Of a DNA stretch of 64,000 nucleotides, positions 32,956 to 43,728 are shown in pieces (position 1 is the stretch's first letter; each line of letters opens with the position of its first letter). The DNA is from Planctomycetota bacterium (GTDB taxonomy: Bacteria; Planctomycetota; UBA8108; SXIK01). Where the stretch lies: contig OZ244999.1 of the NCBI GenBank assembly GCA_965223265.1, positions 7,584,001 through 7,648,000 of the forward strand. Direction: 5' to 3'. The position numbers and the translations under genes were made by a program. Under the pieces are notes generated by a model, which did no database searches, was not told the DNA's origin, and saw only the letters and a program-made list of their open reading frames with translations.

Positions 32956-33423
32956 CTAAAAGAGACTAGCAGTCGACTTCACCGCGATGCAGTCCTTGAC
33001 CGACATATAAGCGGGGCATTGAGAAGGATAGGTCTCGAGGGCTCGCTCGGCTTTATCTCGCAGCTCCACCGCCACCGAGATCCGAAAGTGCACCCGGATC
33101 TCGACGATTCGAATGACACGATCAACCTCCGCGATGTCACCCTCGACTTCTGCGACCAGTCGATCAGCCGTCGTGATTCCGCGCGCTTCCAGCGCGCTGG
33201 CAAATGTGCCACACAGTCACCCAGCGACGGCGGCGACCATATGGTCGAGCGTTGCGGGGTACTCACGATCGACTTCGACTCCGTACTTCGAATTGTAGAA
33301 CTCGAGGATGCCACCGTGGATTCCGTAGTGCACCGGCTCGTCGAGCGCCTCGAGTTCAGCGGTGCGGTGCGCACCAGCGTGCTTACGAATCACGGAACGA
33401 CTAGTGTGAATGACTCGACTCAT
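32956..33423 (-). CDS. OsmC/Ohr-family peroxiredoxin-like protein, probable selenoprotein (TGA at codon 69), 155 aa
   Basis: The 68-aa ORF ends ATLDHMVAAVAG-TGA (33217-33219). The same frame continues LCGTFASALEARGI...VEGDI...IVEIRVHF...AERALETYPSQCPAYMSVKDCI...LF to TAG at 32956; TGA falls where OsmC has its first catalytic Cys. Confidence 0.85.
33181..33216 (-). promoter_or_regulatory. Candidate bacterial SECIS element
   Basis: 3' of the TGA: CTGTGTGGCACATTTGCCA then GCGCGCT-GGA-AGCGCGC, a perfect 7-bp stem whose G-initiated loop lies 26 nt downstream of the UGA. Confidence 0.65.
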
Positions 33424-33832
33424 GGAAGACCTCGGATGTCAGGGAGCTCGATCGAAACGCAGAAACTCACCACGGCACGCGCAAGCCGGTAGTCTTGGTG
33501 GACCACGATATTGCTGCCCAACGCTCTACCGCCGGTCAGACCTGCCCCCAAAACGAGCGGCTGGGAACTGGTCACCCTTTGTACTCCGCCCCCGTCCTGC
33601 ATCACAAGAACAGTTCTCGTGGGAGGCGATCAGAATCGAACGCCCTCCGATCACTTCGATTGTTCGCATCGCAAGCTAAACGTATACTGCGGAGTCGCGA
33701 ACGCCGCGCTCGCGTCGACGAGAAACCGTGCCTCCGATCGCGTCTGACGCGCCATATCGATACTGCCGCACCGTCCTCACCGAACAGACTCCGTCGCTTC
33801 AATCTCTTCAACGACTCTAGGTTACAGCAAGA

Positions 33833-36800
33833 ATGAACCTACCGCCGCGCATTGCCCGCCAAGCATTCTGCCTATACCCCTGTTGGCTCGTCTTGGGCTG
33901 GGGTGTCACGATGCCGGCTGCCGCCGAGCCTGACTACACGCTGGTTGACCCCGAGCTCAAGATCGTCAGGCTCGATACGGACCCGACCGAGTCGTTTCTC
34001 TCTGTGCGCACCGATGCCAAGGGTCGTCTCTACGTTGGCGGACGCGAAGCGCTGTTCGTTTATGAGCCAGAGGAAGGTGGACTCTACAGTCGGCGACGCG
34101 AGCTGTTTCGCTTTCCCAATCACAGCTGGGTCTACGACATCGAAATCCGAGGTGAAGACGTCTACGCGCTCACCAACACCGCCCTGTACCTCCTGCGCGG
34201 CGGTGTCGTGAAACGGCAAGACATAGAGATACAAAGACTCGTTTGGGGGATGCCGATGGGGCACGTGCATCAGTGCATGCACGGACTCGCGTGGGGCCCA
34301 GACGGTGATCTCTATTTTTCGACGGGTGATCCGCTGCCATCGTACGGCGACATTGACCGCCCGGACCGCTGGCACTACTGGACTTTTTTCAGCCAGCCCG
34401 GACGCACTCCAACGCCGTTCCACGGCCAAGGTGGCGTGTATCGGTGTCGTCCGGACGGCACGCGCTTTCAGATCTTCGCGCGCGGCACACGTAACAGCAT
34501 CGGGCTGGCGTTCGACGGCGACTGGAACCTGTTCACCAACGACAACGATCACGAGTCGATGCCCGTCGTTTACGTTCCAGGCCGTCTGCTTCACGTCACG
34601 CAGGAAGCACAGTTCAACTGGCCTCGCGCCTGGCTTCTGGCCAAGCACCCGATGCGAAGCGACGTGCTCGAGACGATGAACGACAACATGGGTCGAGCCG
34701 TCCCCGTGGGCGTCACCTACTATGATGACGCGTTCCTGCCGCCGAAGTATCGACGCAACCTCTTCGTGGCGCGATGGGGCACAAGGAGCATCACGCGCTT
34801 TCCACTCGAGCGGCGGGGCGCCAGTTATCGTGCCGCCGAGCTGCCGCTGCTTGAGGGGAAGAACCTCGCGCGTCCGCTTGGCGTCTGTGTCGGCAGGGGC
34901 GGGCGACTTTTCGCGACGATTTGTTACATGGCACACAACGAGGGTTCGCCGACGTATCGCAGCGATCTCATCATGATCACGCGCCAGGAAGATCCACCCA
35001 CGGCGCCGTACGACGGCTACGAAGCGCACGCCGCCGAGCCGCAGCGACTGTGGCGCGAGCTCGCAAGCGAGTCATGGTCGCGGCGCTACCACGCCTTCGT
35101 CGAGCTTGGGCGGCGCGGCGAAGCGGTGCTCGTCGAGGCAATCAACCGACTGCGTGAAGTGGCACCAACAGACCCAAGCGCGACCCCTCTGATCTGGCTC
35201 GCCGCGGCGAGCGGCGACGACCGCGCGGGCAAACTGCTGCGCGAAATGGCTCAACGCCCCTCCGAAACTCTCCGGCTGCAGGCGATCCGAGCCCTTGCAG
35301 AGTTTCCACGTCTTGGTTCTCCCGCCAGTGTCTTCGAGCGCGCGCTGGGCGACCCCGTAGCCGCGGTGCGGCACGCCGCCACCACCGCGTTCTTCAAACG
35401 CGACGAACCACTCCCCGAGACGATAGCACTCACTTCGGGACGCAGCGACGACTCCTACCTGCGGCAAGCTGCGACGCTCGTCGTCGCGAGGCGAGGCACT
35501 TTGAAGCACATCGAATCGCTCTGCAGATCCGACGATGCTCGCACGCGTCTAGCTGGCGTGCTCGCGGCAGGATTCCGCCTGACGACACCGGCTGCGGTGC
35601 CGCTCGACGACGAGCTCAGCCTCGCGCCTTACCGAAACGAGGCGGCATACCTGGTTGAATATGCCGACGAAAAGATCGACTTGCGGCAGTTCGGGCGCAT
35701 GGGCTCGTACAGTTTCGCCGAGCACTGGAACGCACGTCCACACAGCGCTGACGAGGATACGCTCTTCAGCTTGCTCATGGCTCGCCTCGACGATGACGAC
35801 GAGCGAGTTCGCCTGCAGGCGGCGCATTTCCTGGGGCTCTTGAACGACCCGCGCAGCCGCGACGCGATCGCTGCGACGAGGCGTGCCTCCGAGGAGAGGC
35901 GCGTTGAGGCGGCGCCGATCCACGGACTGAACGAGATGTGGGCCGTCGGCCCGTTCGCCGATGCCGGCCGCAAGTTCGAGATCGAGCATCCTCCTCAACG
36001 CGCAGCAATCGACCCCGATGCAGAGTACAAAGCGCGAGGCGAGGATCTCACTTGGACTAAACTGAAGCGACGTTCACTCTTCGACCTTGTGGGCGACTCA
36101 AAAAGTTCCGGCGACGCGTCGTACTACGCTTACGTGCGCTTCGAGAGCGCGGTGCGTCAGCGCATCATGCTCATGCTCGGTACCGACGGCGGCGTGCGCG
36201 TTTGGCTGGGCGGGCGCGCCGTCTGGTCGCAGGACGAGGAGCGCGGAGCACTGCCATTCCAAGACAACTTCATCGTGCAGCTGGAACCTGGAAGCAACGA
36301 TCTTCTGGTTCGCCTTCGAAGCGCGCGTGGCGCCTGCCGTCTGTACCTCCACTACCGCGCCGTCGGCGCAGTGGCGACCACACTGCCGGAAAAGCTCGGC
36401 GCCGACGGCCTCGCGTCGCGACTCAAAGAAGCGAGTCGCGACGTCGAGATCGACCCGGCCTTCTTGACGCTCGATTGGCCGCAGCAGGCGTCTGCCGGTG
36501 ACGCCAAAAAAGGTCGAGAACTTTTCGAATCGATCGGCTGCGGCAAGTGCCACAGCGTCGGCGAGCAGTCAACGAGCGTCGGGGGTCCTAGTCTCGCCAC
36601 CGCCGGCAAGCGCTTCACGGTTCCGACCCTAGTGGAATCGATCTTGTTCCCGAGCCGCCAGGTCTCGCCTGTGTTTCACGGCGTCGTGATCGTCGACCAA
36701 AGCGGCCGCGTCTTCAACGGACTCGTCCTCAATGAGACGAGCGACGTCGTCGAGCTGCTACTCCCGGACGCCAAGCGTCGGCGAGTCAACAAGCGCGAGA

Positions 36801-36901
36801 TCGCGCAGCGTGATCGGTTCGAAGGCTCGGTGATGCCGACGGGACTCGTGCGCAAACCGAAGGAGCTGGCGGACCTCCTCGCCTATCTTATGAGTTTGTG
36901 A
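33833..36901 (+). CDS. PVC-type membrane-bound dehydrogenase-like protein: propeller + HEAT repeats + haem c domain
   Basis: HGLAWGPDGDLYF, GTRNSIGLAFD, HEAT-like RLQAIRALAE repeats, GDAKKGRELF...CGKCH...GPSL...ESILFPS...SVMPTGL. Confidence 0.9.
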   Translation: MNLPPRIARQAFCLYPCWLVLGWGVTMPAAAEPDYTLVDPELKIVRLDTDPTESFLSVRTDAKGRLYVGGREALFVYEPEEGGLYSRRRELFRFPNHSWVYDIEIRGEDVYALTNTALYLLRGGVVKRQDIEIQRLVWGMPMGHVHQCMHGLAWGPDGDLYFSTGDPLPSYGDIDRPDRWHYWTFFSQPGRTPTPFHGQGGVYRCRPDGTRFQIFARGTRNSIGLAFDGDWNLFTNDNDHESMPVVYVPGRLLHVTQEAQFNWPRAWLLAKHPMRSDVLETMNDNMGRAVPVGVTYYDDAFLPPKYRRNLFVARWGTRSITRFPLERRGASYRAAELPLLEGKNLARPLGVCVGRGGRLFATICYMAHNEGSPTYRSDLIMITRQEDPPTAPYDGYEAHAAEPQRLWRELASESWSRRYHAFVELGRRGEAVLVEAINRLREVAPTDPSATPLIWLAAASGDDRAGKLLREMAQRPSETLRLQAIRALAEFPRLGSPASVFERALGDPVAAVRHAATTAFFKRDEPLPETIALTSGRSDDSYLRQAATLVVARRGTLKHIESLCRSDDARTRLAGVLAAGFRLTTPAAVPLDDELSLAPYRNEAAYLVEYADEKIDLRQFGRMGSYSFAEHWNARPHSADEDTLFSLLMARLDDDDERVRLQAAHFLGLLNDPRSRDAIAATRRASEERRVEAAPIHGLNEMWAVGPFADAGRKFEIEHPPQRAAIDPDAEYKARGEDLTWTKLKRRSLFDLVGDSKSSGDASYYAYVRFESAVRQRIMLMLGTDGGVRVWLGGRAVWSQDEERGALPFQDNFIVQLEPGSNDLLVRLRSARGACRLYLHYRAVGAVATTLPEKLGADGLASRLKEASRDVEIDPAFLTLDWPQQASAGDAKKGRELFESIGCGKCHSVGEQSTSVGGPSLATAGKRFTVPTLVESILFPSRQVSPVFHGVVIVDQSGRVFNGLVLNETSDVVELLLPDAKRRRVNKREIAQRDRFEGSVMPTGLVRKPKELADLLAYLMSL

Positions 36902-37208
36902 ACGCCCGGGGCGTAAGCGTAACCTTGATTCAGACCGGAAGGCACCAAGCGAATCGCATCCCCGTCTTACCTCTCGCGCCGGCTCCGCACGTCCGCCTTT
37001 CTGTCTGCCTCTTCGTTGCCTTCGGCTAGGAAATTGGATACACGACCAGAAGCAAACGAGGGACGAAGGGGCTCCAACCGACAGCCTCACCTGCACGCTG
37101 TCTCCAATGCTGCAAAAGCGAAGCGCTTCAAGAGCGTGCGCGATTGCGATCGTCTGTGTCGCCCTACGGCTGGCGACCGACTCAGGGAAAACTCCGGCCA
37201 TCGGACCG

Positions 37209-40200
37209 TTAGGGATTGCCGCCGATGACAAGCGCCGGGCCGGCAATGCCGTCGGTGGGGAAACCGGTGACGACCGCCTCCGTTCCTGACGCGACCCCGC
37301 GCAACTGAACATCCCCGGGCTCCACGATCGCGACCTGGATCTCGCTGCCTTCGGCTGCCGTCGCGCTTCGGGTCGATCGCGAGCTGCTCTCGTTGCAACC
37401 CGGGACTACGAGACCGACGGCGAAGAGGAGCACGAGGCTTGAGAGCATTGCGGCACGCCCAGCCCATCGGCTTCGCAACGTGCCACGAACAAAGAGACAG
37501 AGTGCCAACAGCGCTAAGAGCACCATCGTCGCGCTAGCGACGGTCTCCTCTATAGGATCGTTCACCACGTCGACGTCGACCATGAGTCGGATGGCAACGC
37601 TCTCTCCGGCACCAATCTCGAACCCCGGATTGGTGATGACGATTTCGTTTGCGAGCACGTCGCCGGTGGCACGCTCATCTTCGTCGATAACATCGTCGCC
37701 ATTGAGGTCAGCTGCCAGGATCGCATTGCTGACGCCATCGAGGGTCGCGCCCGGCATCACCCGGTAGCGCACGCGTTCGAGGCGCAGCGGTTCGCCAGGA
37801 TCACCGGCGATCGTCATGCCGTGAAGTTCTTCTTGCGTGACGGAGCTGTCGATCTCGGTGACAGCAGGTTCGCCCCCATTCAGCGCCGCGAGAACGATCT
37901 CAGGTGGCGGCGCAGCTAGCCCAGTTCCAGCGAGCGACACCGTCAACGACGAAGCTGCGGCGTCGTTTGTCGTCAACTTGATGGCACCGCTGTCAGATCC
38001 CGGCGCTGACGGGGTGTATGTAACGTCGACGACAATCTCTTCTTCAGGGTCGAGTCGAACCGACTCCTCCGAGACAACGTCGGAAAGCACAAAGTCGAGA
38101 CTCGAGTTGCTATCAAGTACGAGACTTGCGATTTCGAGTGGCGCCGTGCCGACGCTTCTCACGACCACGCGCTCGGTGACGAACGTCCCAACGATGACGT
38201 CACCGAAGTCCAATCGTTCAGGCGCGACAACCACTCGCGCGATTAGCGCGTCGATGCCGCTGCCGCTGAGTGCAACGTTGATCACGGGTTCGTCCGGATC
38301 GTCGCTGCGCACGCGCAGAGTGTCACTTGCCGTCGCCACACTCAGCGGCGAAAAAACGACGCTGATATCATGTCCCTCGCCGGGCGACAACGTTCGTCCG
38401 CCTGACGACGACAGCTGAAAACCGCTCGAACCGTTCGCCAGCTCGAAACCTGACACCGCCAAATCGGCACTGCCGACGTTTCGCACGGTCACGTCGAGTG
38501 CGAGAGAGGCGCCGATCGTAACGCTGCCGAAATCACGCGCGAGGGGCTCCACCTCGATGTCGGGCTCGGGCTCAGCCACGCCTGTACCGACCAAGGGGAT
38601 GGTGACGCTTCCTTCGTTCGGGTCGTCGCTTAGTACGCGCAGGCTACCCGTGCGCCGCGCTATTCCACTCGGGCGAAAGGCAATCACGACACGCGCCTCG
38701 GCGTTCGGGAGAAGATCGATCGCCTCCGGCCCGGAGACAAATTTGAAGTCGAAACTCGTTCGCGGTGCGAACCCCACGTCGGCGACACCAAGCACATCCG
38801 CACCGACATTTCTTATCGTTACGGTCACCGGTTTCTCCGTACCGATCAGCACGTCCCCAAAGTCGATGCTGGTTGGCCTAACCTCGATGTCCGGAGTCGT
38901 GGTCGAACCGCCACCACGGTCGAAGAGCAAAACGTCGTCGATCAATACCTGGGTAGACTCCTGAGCCTGAGATTTCTTGCTGTTGTAGCCACCCAGCGTC
39001 AGGAGATGTCGTCCCGCGCCGACGGTTCCCAGATCGACCTCTGCGCCACGCCAACCTGTCGATACGGAATCGCCTCCGTCTCCGTCGCCAGAGACTCGTG
39101 CGAACACACCAGATCCGCCGCCGATCGGGACCGAGTCGAGAGACGCTAGAACTTCGCTGACTTCATCAGCCTCGTAGTTTGGCGACTGAGTCAGTTTGAA
39201 GCGAAAGAAGAGCGAAACGCGACGAGACGAGGGAATGTCAAACGCGACGGTCCATCCTCCGGATATGTCGTTCACCGTCGCACCATCGATTCCGCCGAGA
39301 TCGACGCTGAGCGCCGAACCGGAGAATCCGTCCTCGAATCCACCATCGGCGTACGCTGGGGCGTTCGTATTGCGGAAGACGTCGTCGGCGTAAGTGAAAC
39401 CATCGGCGCCCGAATCGAACCTCGCCTCGAGAAGAAGGACGCCGGCCGCCGGCTCAATCGAGCGACGGGCGCCCTGGTCGATCCAGTCGCGTAGTGTCGT
39501 CTGGAGAAGAGGCTTCAATCGCTGACCTGGAGGCATGCGCGCACCAACCTGCGGCTGCTCGCAGTTGCTCTTCTCCCACAGGAAGCTCTCGGAACTGTCT
39601 CCCGGTGTGACTAGGTCGAGATCTGGGACTTCGAGACTGCGAACTCCGACGAGGGACGCGTAGCTCACGCCGGCGCCGAGATCGAGATCGGCGTTGGGAT
39701 CGAGTCCTGAGTGGCAGCCGGTGCAGTGAAGGTCGAAGAGCTCCTGCACCTGGGCGAAATCGACGAGGCCGCCCGCGGTGGCCACCGCATCGCAGTCAGC
39801 GCCGCCGCTTTGCAAACCGAGTGTAAAGTTCTGCGTTACCGCGCTGCCCGCTAAAACGTTGACGCTGACGAAGGACGATAGATAACGCTCTTGGCCGAGA
39901 TCAGCCGCAACGTCGACGAGGAATTCTCCACCGCCAGCAGACGTGGGAAGTGGAATGGAGTAGTACCCCAACTCGTCACTTTCTACGCGATGGAGGACGC
40001 CCGACGCTGGAATTGGTGGCAAGAAATCACGTCCACCCGCCACGTCGAGGAAATTGCCGGGTTCACCCTGCGCCACGCCCAAATCGACACGAGCGGGCTC
40101 ACCGCGCGTGTCCATCGCAACGCCGCGTATCATCGTGCCCGAGAGCACAAAAGTCAGCGCTGCCGAATGGCTGGACGCGCCGCACGGAATGGCTATGCCG

Positions 40201-41864
40201 CGCGTCGCGCTTTGAACGCCGTCGCCGCTCGGTTCGCCGGCGGTGACAACGACACCGCAGCCAGTCAACTCGACGTTCACTGTGACATCGAACGCACCGC
40301 CTGCTGCGACCGCAATCGCGTTGCCTGCCGCACCCGTACCGCCTGCAAACGCCAACGACGTCCTGCCGTCGGCTTGATAGAGACGAAGTTCGGTCGACGT
40401 GGGAAGCCCCCCAGCAGCGACGCTGCGGCCGTCGAGAACGTTGCCGGAAAGACGCAGGTTAGTACCGCTGCGTACGGTCACCTGCACCGTCTCCGAATCC
40501 TGAAGCCCTTGGTCGTCGGAGACAGTGAGAGTCGCTGTGTACGTGCCCGCCGCGTTGTAAGTGTGCTGCGGACTTCGCTGCGTAGAAGTTGCGCCGTCGC
40601 CGAAACTCCAGTTCCACGCCACAATGGCGCTGTCGTCAACGGAAGCGTCGAGAAAGCGTACTGACAATGGCGCCAGACCCGAGGGCGGATTCGGGTCGGT
40701 TGAGAACGCAGCCGTCGGCGCAATTCCGGACACTGGACGGACCCTGTAGAGCTTTCCCGGCCCGGACGATCGATCCGTCGTAGTGATGTAGAGCGCGCCG
40801 TCCGGCCCGAAGGCGATCGACGCGGCGCCGAGAAGCCCGGAGACGAACGTATTGGAGCCGCCGACGTTGATCTCCGCCACGTCATCGCGAGCCGCACCGA
40901 CCAAGCGCCATCGTCGCACAGAACTGGCCGGGGCCCACGTGGCAATGTAGAGCGCCTCGCTGCCAGGAACGCCCGGATCGGCGAACGCACTGTTCGTTGT
41001 GATCGCGATGCCGGTGATCGAAGGTTGCAACACAAGCAGGTTCTTGACGCGGGAGTCCGACGGCTGCTCGAACTCGTTCGGCCAGCCTCCGTTGCCTCCC
41101 TCTTCCCAGCGACTGACGCGGTCTCGAATGCTGCCGTTCTCCGAGACGTACATCACTTGCGTCACTGGGTGAAAGGTGAAACGGAACGGGTTTCTACAAC
41201 CACGCCCCCAGATGCGTGAATTCCGTGAGGTTGGGTCGCCATCGTAGAAGGGATTCGACGCGAGCCCACGGCCACTCTCGTCGACGCGGAGGATCTTCCC
41301 GATGTAACTACCGAGCTCGACCGAGAGCCCTGGCTGTCCGTCATCCCCTAAGACGAGGAACAGCGATCCGTCCGGGTGAAAGTGAATGTCGCCGGCGTTG
41401 TGGTTATCGACGATGTTCGACAGCCCATCGAGCAGCGTCTGTGGCGACCCACTCATCCGGTCGAGACTGGTGTCAGCCTGGAATCGAACCAATCTCTGCC
41501 CACCATTGTAGCTATAAAACGCGTAGACGAACCGATTGCTCGTGAAGTCTGGGTGCAGAGCCAAGCCGAGAAGACCGCGCTCGTTCGTAGGTTCGACAGA
41601 TGCAGCAAGCGAACCGAAAACCTGCGCCGGCAAGAAGGCAGGTGGATTCGCTGGGTCCGGCTTGAAGACGAGAATGCGGCCCGTCTTCTCGCCGACGTAA
41701 AGGCGTCCGCCAGGCGCGAAAACGATCGGCACGAGTCCCGCACCGTCGTGAATCTCATCAATAGCGAAGTTCGGATCGGAGACCGACGGAGCGGCGTTAG
41801 CGAGCGGGGACAAGATCAAAAAAGAGAGACTAGCGATCACAGTCAGCGTCAAAAAGCGGCGCAT
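37209..41864 (-). CDS. Large secreted glucose/sorbosone dehydrogenase-like propeller + PKD + cytochrome c + three choice-of-anchor-D/ASH-like Ig repeats, C-terminal membrane anchor
   Basis: ERGLLGLALHPDF, HNAGDIHF, GCRNPFRF; PKD WNWSFGDG...HTY...GTYTATLTV; CTGCH...RMPP; three repeats of DFGDV...VTIRNVG...SDDP. Confidence 0.88.
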   Translation of the reverse strand: MRRFLTLTVIASLSFLILSPLANAAPSVSDPNFAIDEIHDGAGLVPIVFAPGGRLYVGEKTGRILVFKPDPANPPAFLPAQVFGSLAASVEPTNERGLLGLALHPDFTSNRFVYAFYSYNGGQRLVRFQADTSLDRMSGSPQTLLDGLSNIVDNHNAGDIHFHPDGSLFLVLGDDGQPGLSVELGSYIGKILRVDESGRGLASNPFYDGDPTSRNSRIWGRGCRNPFRFTFHPVTQVMYVSENGSIRDRVSRWEEGGNGGWPNEFEQPSDSRVKNLLVLQPSITGIAITTNSAFADPGVPGSEALYIATWAPASSVRRWRLVGAARDDVAEINVGGSNTFVSGLLGAASIAFGPDGALYITTTDRSSGPGKLYRVRPVSGIAPTAAFSTDPNPPSGLAPLSVRFLDASVDDSAIVAWNWSFGDGATSTQRSPQHTYNAAGTYTATLTVSDDQGLQDSETVQVTVRSGTNLRLSGNVLDGRSVAAGGLPTSTELRLYQADGRTSLAFAGGTGAAGNAIAVAAGGAFDVTVNVELTGCGVVVTAGEPSGDGVQSATRGIAIPCGASSHSAALTFVLSGTMIRGVAMDTRGEPARVDLGVAQGEPGNFLDVAGGRDFLPPIPASGVLHRVESDELGYYSIPLPTSAGGGEFLVDVAADLGQERYLSSFVSVNVLAGSAVTQNFTLGLQSGGADCDAVATAGGLVDFAQVQELFDLHCTGCHSGLDPNADLDLGAGVSYASLVGVRSLEVPDLDLVTPGDSSESFLWEKSNCEQPQVGARMPPGQRLKPLLQTTLRDWIDQGARRSIEPAAGVLLLEARFDSGADGFTYADDVFRNTNAPAYADGGFEDGFSGSALSVDLGGIDGATVNDISGGWTVAFDIPSSRRVSLFFRFKLTQSPNYEADEVSEVLASLDSVPIGGGSGVFARVSGDGDGGDSVSTGWRGAEVDLGTVGAGRHLLTLGGYNSKKSQAQESTQVLIDDVLLFDRGGGSTTTPDIEVRPTSIDFGDVLIGTEKPVTVTIRNVGADVLGVADVGFAPRTSFDFKFVSGPEAIDLLPNAEARVVIAFRPSGIARRTGSLRVLSDDPNEGSVTIPLVGTGVAEPEPDIEVEPLARDFGSVTIGASLALDVTVRNVGSADLAVSGFELANGSSGFQLSSSGGRTLSPGEGHDISVVFSPLSVATASDTLRVRSDDPDEPVINVALSGSGIDALIARVVVAPERLDFGDVIVGTFVTERVVVRSVGTAPLEIASLVLDSNSSLDFVLSDVVSEESVRLDPEEEIVVDVTYTPSAPGSDSGAIKLTTNDAAASSLTVSLAGTGLAAPPPEIVLAALNGGEPAVTEIDSSVTQEELHGMTIAGDPGEPLRLERVRYRVMPGATLDGVSNAILAADLNGDDVIDEDERATGDVLANEIVITNPGFEIGAGESVAIRLMVDVDVVNDPIEETVASATMVLLALLALCLFVRGTLRSRWAGRAAMLSSLVLLFAVGLVVPGCNESSSRSTRSATAAEGSEIQVAIVEPGDVQLRGVASGTEAVVTGFPTDGIAGPALVIGGNP

Positions 41865-42161
41865 CTCAGCTCCTGTATCCTGGCCGCTCTTCTCACAAAA
41901 CGTCGAACGCCCGCAAGTCGCGCGATTGGCTTCCCAACCAGTCGGTCAGCCTTATGCGGCAGTCTGGGCGATTCGATCCTGAACGCGCGAGGAGCGCTTC
42001 GGCTTCCGCCTTCGGTCGGCTTCAACGGTCGAGTCGCCGAGCACGCTTCTTCACGCGACCGACGTTACGGCACCTCGTTACGAACACCTTGTGAGAAATG
42101 CGGCTATTGCCTGAACTCGCGCACTCCGAGACACCCACCACGGAGAACTGGCACTGCCGAG

Positions 42162-42239
42162 CAAGCTGTTGAAAACGATGCTTCGAGCCGGCCGGGAGGC
42201 AATCCATCTCTCTGCCGAATCAAGTTTTTCAACAAACTG
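42162..42239. mobile_element. Short MITE-like element with IS5/IS1182-like ends
   Basis: Imperfect inverted termini CAAGCTGTTGAAAAC ... GTTTTTCAACAAACTG, followed directly by CTAG. Confidence 0.55.
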
Positions 42240-42500
42240 CTAGCTCGAGTTTGGCCATTTCGCGTCGAGCCTGGGAACGCCAGGAGCGTCGAGGCCAAGG
42301 AGCGACTCGGGCGCGATCCTGCTGCGATCGTGGCGGAGGAGCGACGCAGGCATCGCCGCTCCTGGCGTTCCCCGAAGGGCCGGACAGGAGTTTTGAACAT
42401 GCACAAGGGTTCTCAGGGTACAAGAAAGTCGAAAGGGCCTTTGAATCCCCGTGAAACTCGTCCGGCCAGGCCGGCGCGAAATGGCCGAACTCGAGGCTAG
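42240..42500. mobile_element. CTAG-bounded MITE, copy 1 (261 bp)
   Basis: Terminal IR CTAGCTCGAGTTTGGCCATTTCGCG ... CGCGAAATGGCCGAACTCGAGGCTAG; closely similar copy at 51198-51459. Confidence 0.88.
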
Positions 42501-42858
42501 CGCGAAAACTAAGCGCTGTGCCGGAGAACGGTCCTATGGTCGAACGTTGACGAACGAGAGAACATAACAATGTCGTCAAGTGGTCGCCAGAGAATTCGAG
42601 CGCGCCGATTGCGTCCGGCACGCAGCGCGCGGCGATGGCTTGGGCCGCCTCGCGACACGCAGCCGGAAGAGCTGAGAAAACGTCGCAAAAGTGTTGGAAA
42701 ACCCACCAAAGCGGCTCATCAGCCTCGTGCGCGGCGCGCGATTTTTTCGTGTTCTGCCTTGGCCGATCTCGCCTACGCTGGAGTTCCCGTCGAGGTCAAG
42801 CCGCGCCCGGGTTGGCATGGCGATCGCGTCCAGACGGGTTTGAGCAGCTGCTCGTGAG

Positions 42859-43728
42859 ATGTCGAGGCAACCGATGCAAAACCGTAAGAGTTCACCACAA
42901 AGTTCGGGAATCGTGGATTCACACGTCCACGTCTGGACTGCCGACACCGCCAAGTACCCTCTCGCTCCTGGCTACACCCGCGAGCAAATGGACCCGCTCA
43001 GCTTCACGCCCCAGCAGCTGTTTGTTCACACGCGCGGAGTCGGTATCACGCGCATCGTCCTGATTCAGATGAGCTACTACGGCTCGGACAATTCGTACAT
43101 GACTGACGTCATGCGGACTTATCCGAACACGTTCGGAGGTGTCGGTATCGTCGACGAGAACGACGAGCCGTGTCAGAACATGCTCCGCCTCGCTGCTCGC
43201 GGCGTCCGCGGCTTCCGCATCGTCGGCGGCAAGCCGCAGCGCTGGCTCGACAGCCCCGGCATGGCGGCCATGTGGAAGTGTGGCGCGGAGAACGGGCTGG
43301 CGATGTGTCCCCTCATGGGCGTTGGTGATCTCGAGGCACTCGAGAAGCTGTGTACGCGAAGCCCACGCACCCCGGTAGTCATCGACCATTGCGCGCGCAT
43401 CGGCACGAGCGGACGAATTCGCAAACGCGATGTCGACGCGCTGTGCGCACTCGCCCGCTTCAAACAAGTTATGGTGAAAATCTCGGCGTTCTATGCACTC
43501 AGTCGTGCGCCTCGGACGTACCTCGACCTGGCGCCGATGATTCGAAGGCTTCTCGACAGCTATGGTCCCGAACGGTTGATGTGGGCGAGTGACGGTCCGT
43601 TTCAAATGATGGGCGGGCACAACGTCAAGGAATCCGTCGAACTGATTCGCAGCGGGCTGGACTACCTAACAGCCGAGGACCGAGACTGGCTGCTAAGAAG
43701 GACCGCGTCGAAAGTTTTTTTCGAGTGA
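42859..43728 (+). CDS. Amidohydrolase_2 family protein (lactonase-like)
   Basis: VDSHVHVW, GVRGFR, VVIDHCA, VKISA, RLMWASD. Confidence 0.92.
   Translation: MSRQPMQNRKSSPQSSGIVDSHVHVWTADTAKYPLAPGYTREQMDPLSFTPQQLFVHTRGVGITRIVLIQMSYYGSDNSYMTDVMRTYPNTFGGVGIVDENDEPCQNMLRLAARGVRGFRIVGGKPQRWLDSPGMAAMWKCGAENGLAMCPLMGVGDLEALEKLCTRSPRTPVVIDHCARIGTSGRIRKRDVDALCALARFKQVMVKISAFYALSRAPRTYLDLAPMIRRLLDSYGPERLMWASDGPFQMMGGHNVKESVELIRSGLDYLTAEDRDWLLRRTASKVFFE

Noticed and set aside
32818-33492. 224-aa plus-strand ORF and 131-aa minus-strand ORF over the OsmC locus
   Set aside because: No recognisable motifs; the TGA read-through frame explains the region better.
33610-33660. tRNA-like fragment (AGAATCGAAC); similar impression near 61350
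   Set aside because: No cloverleaf or acceptor stem could be built.
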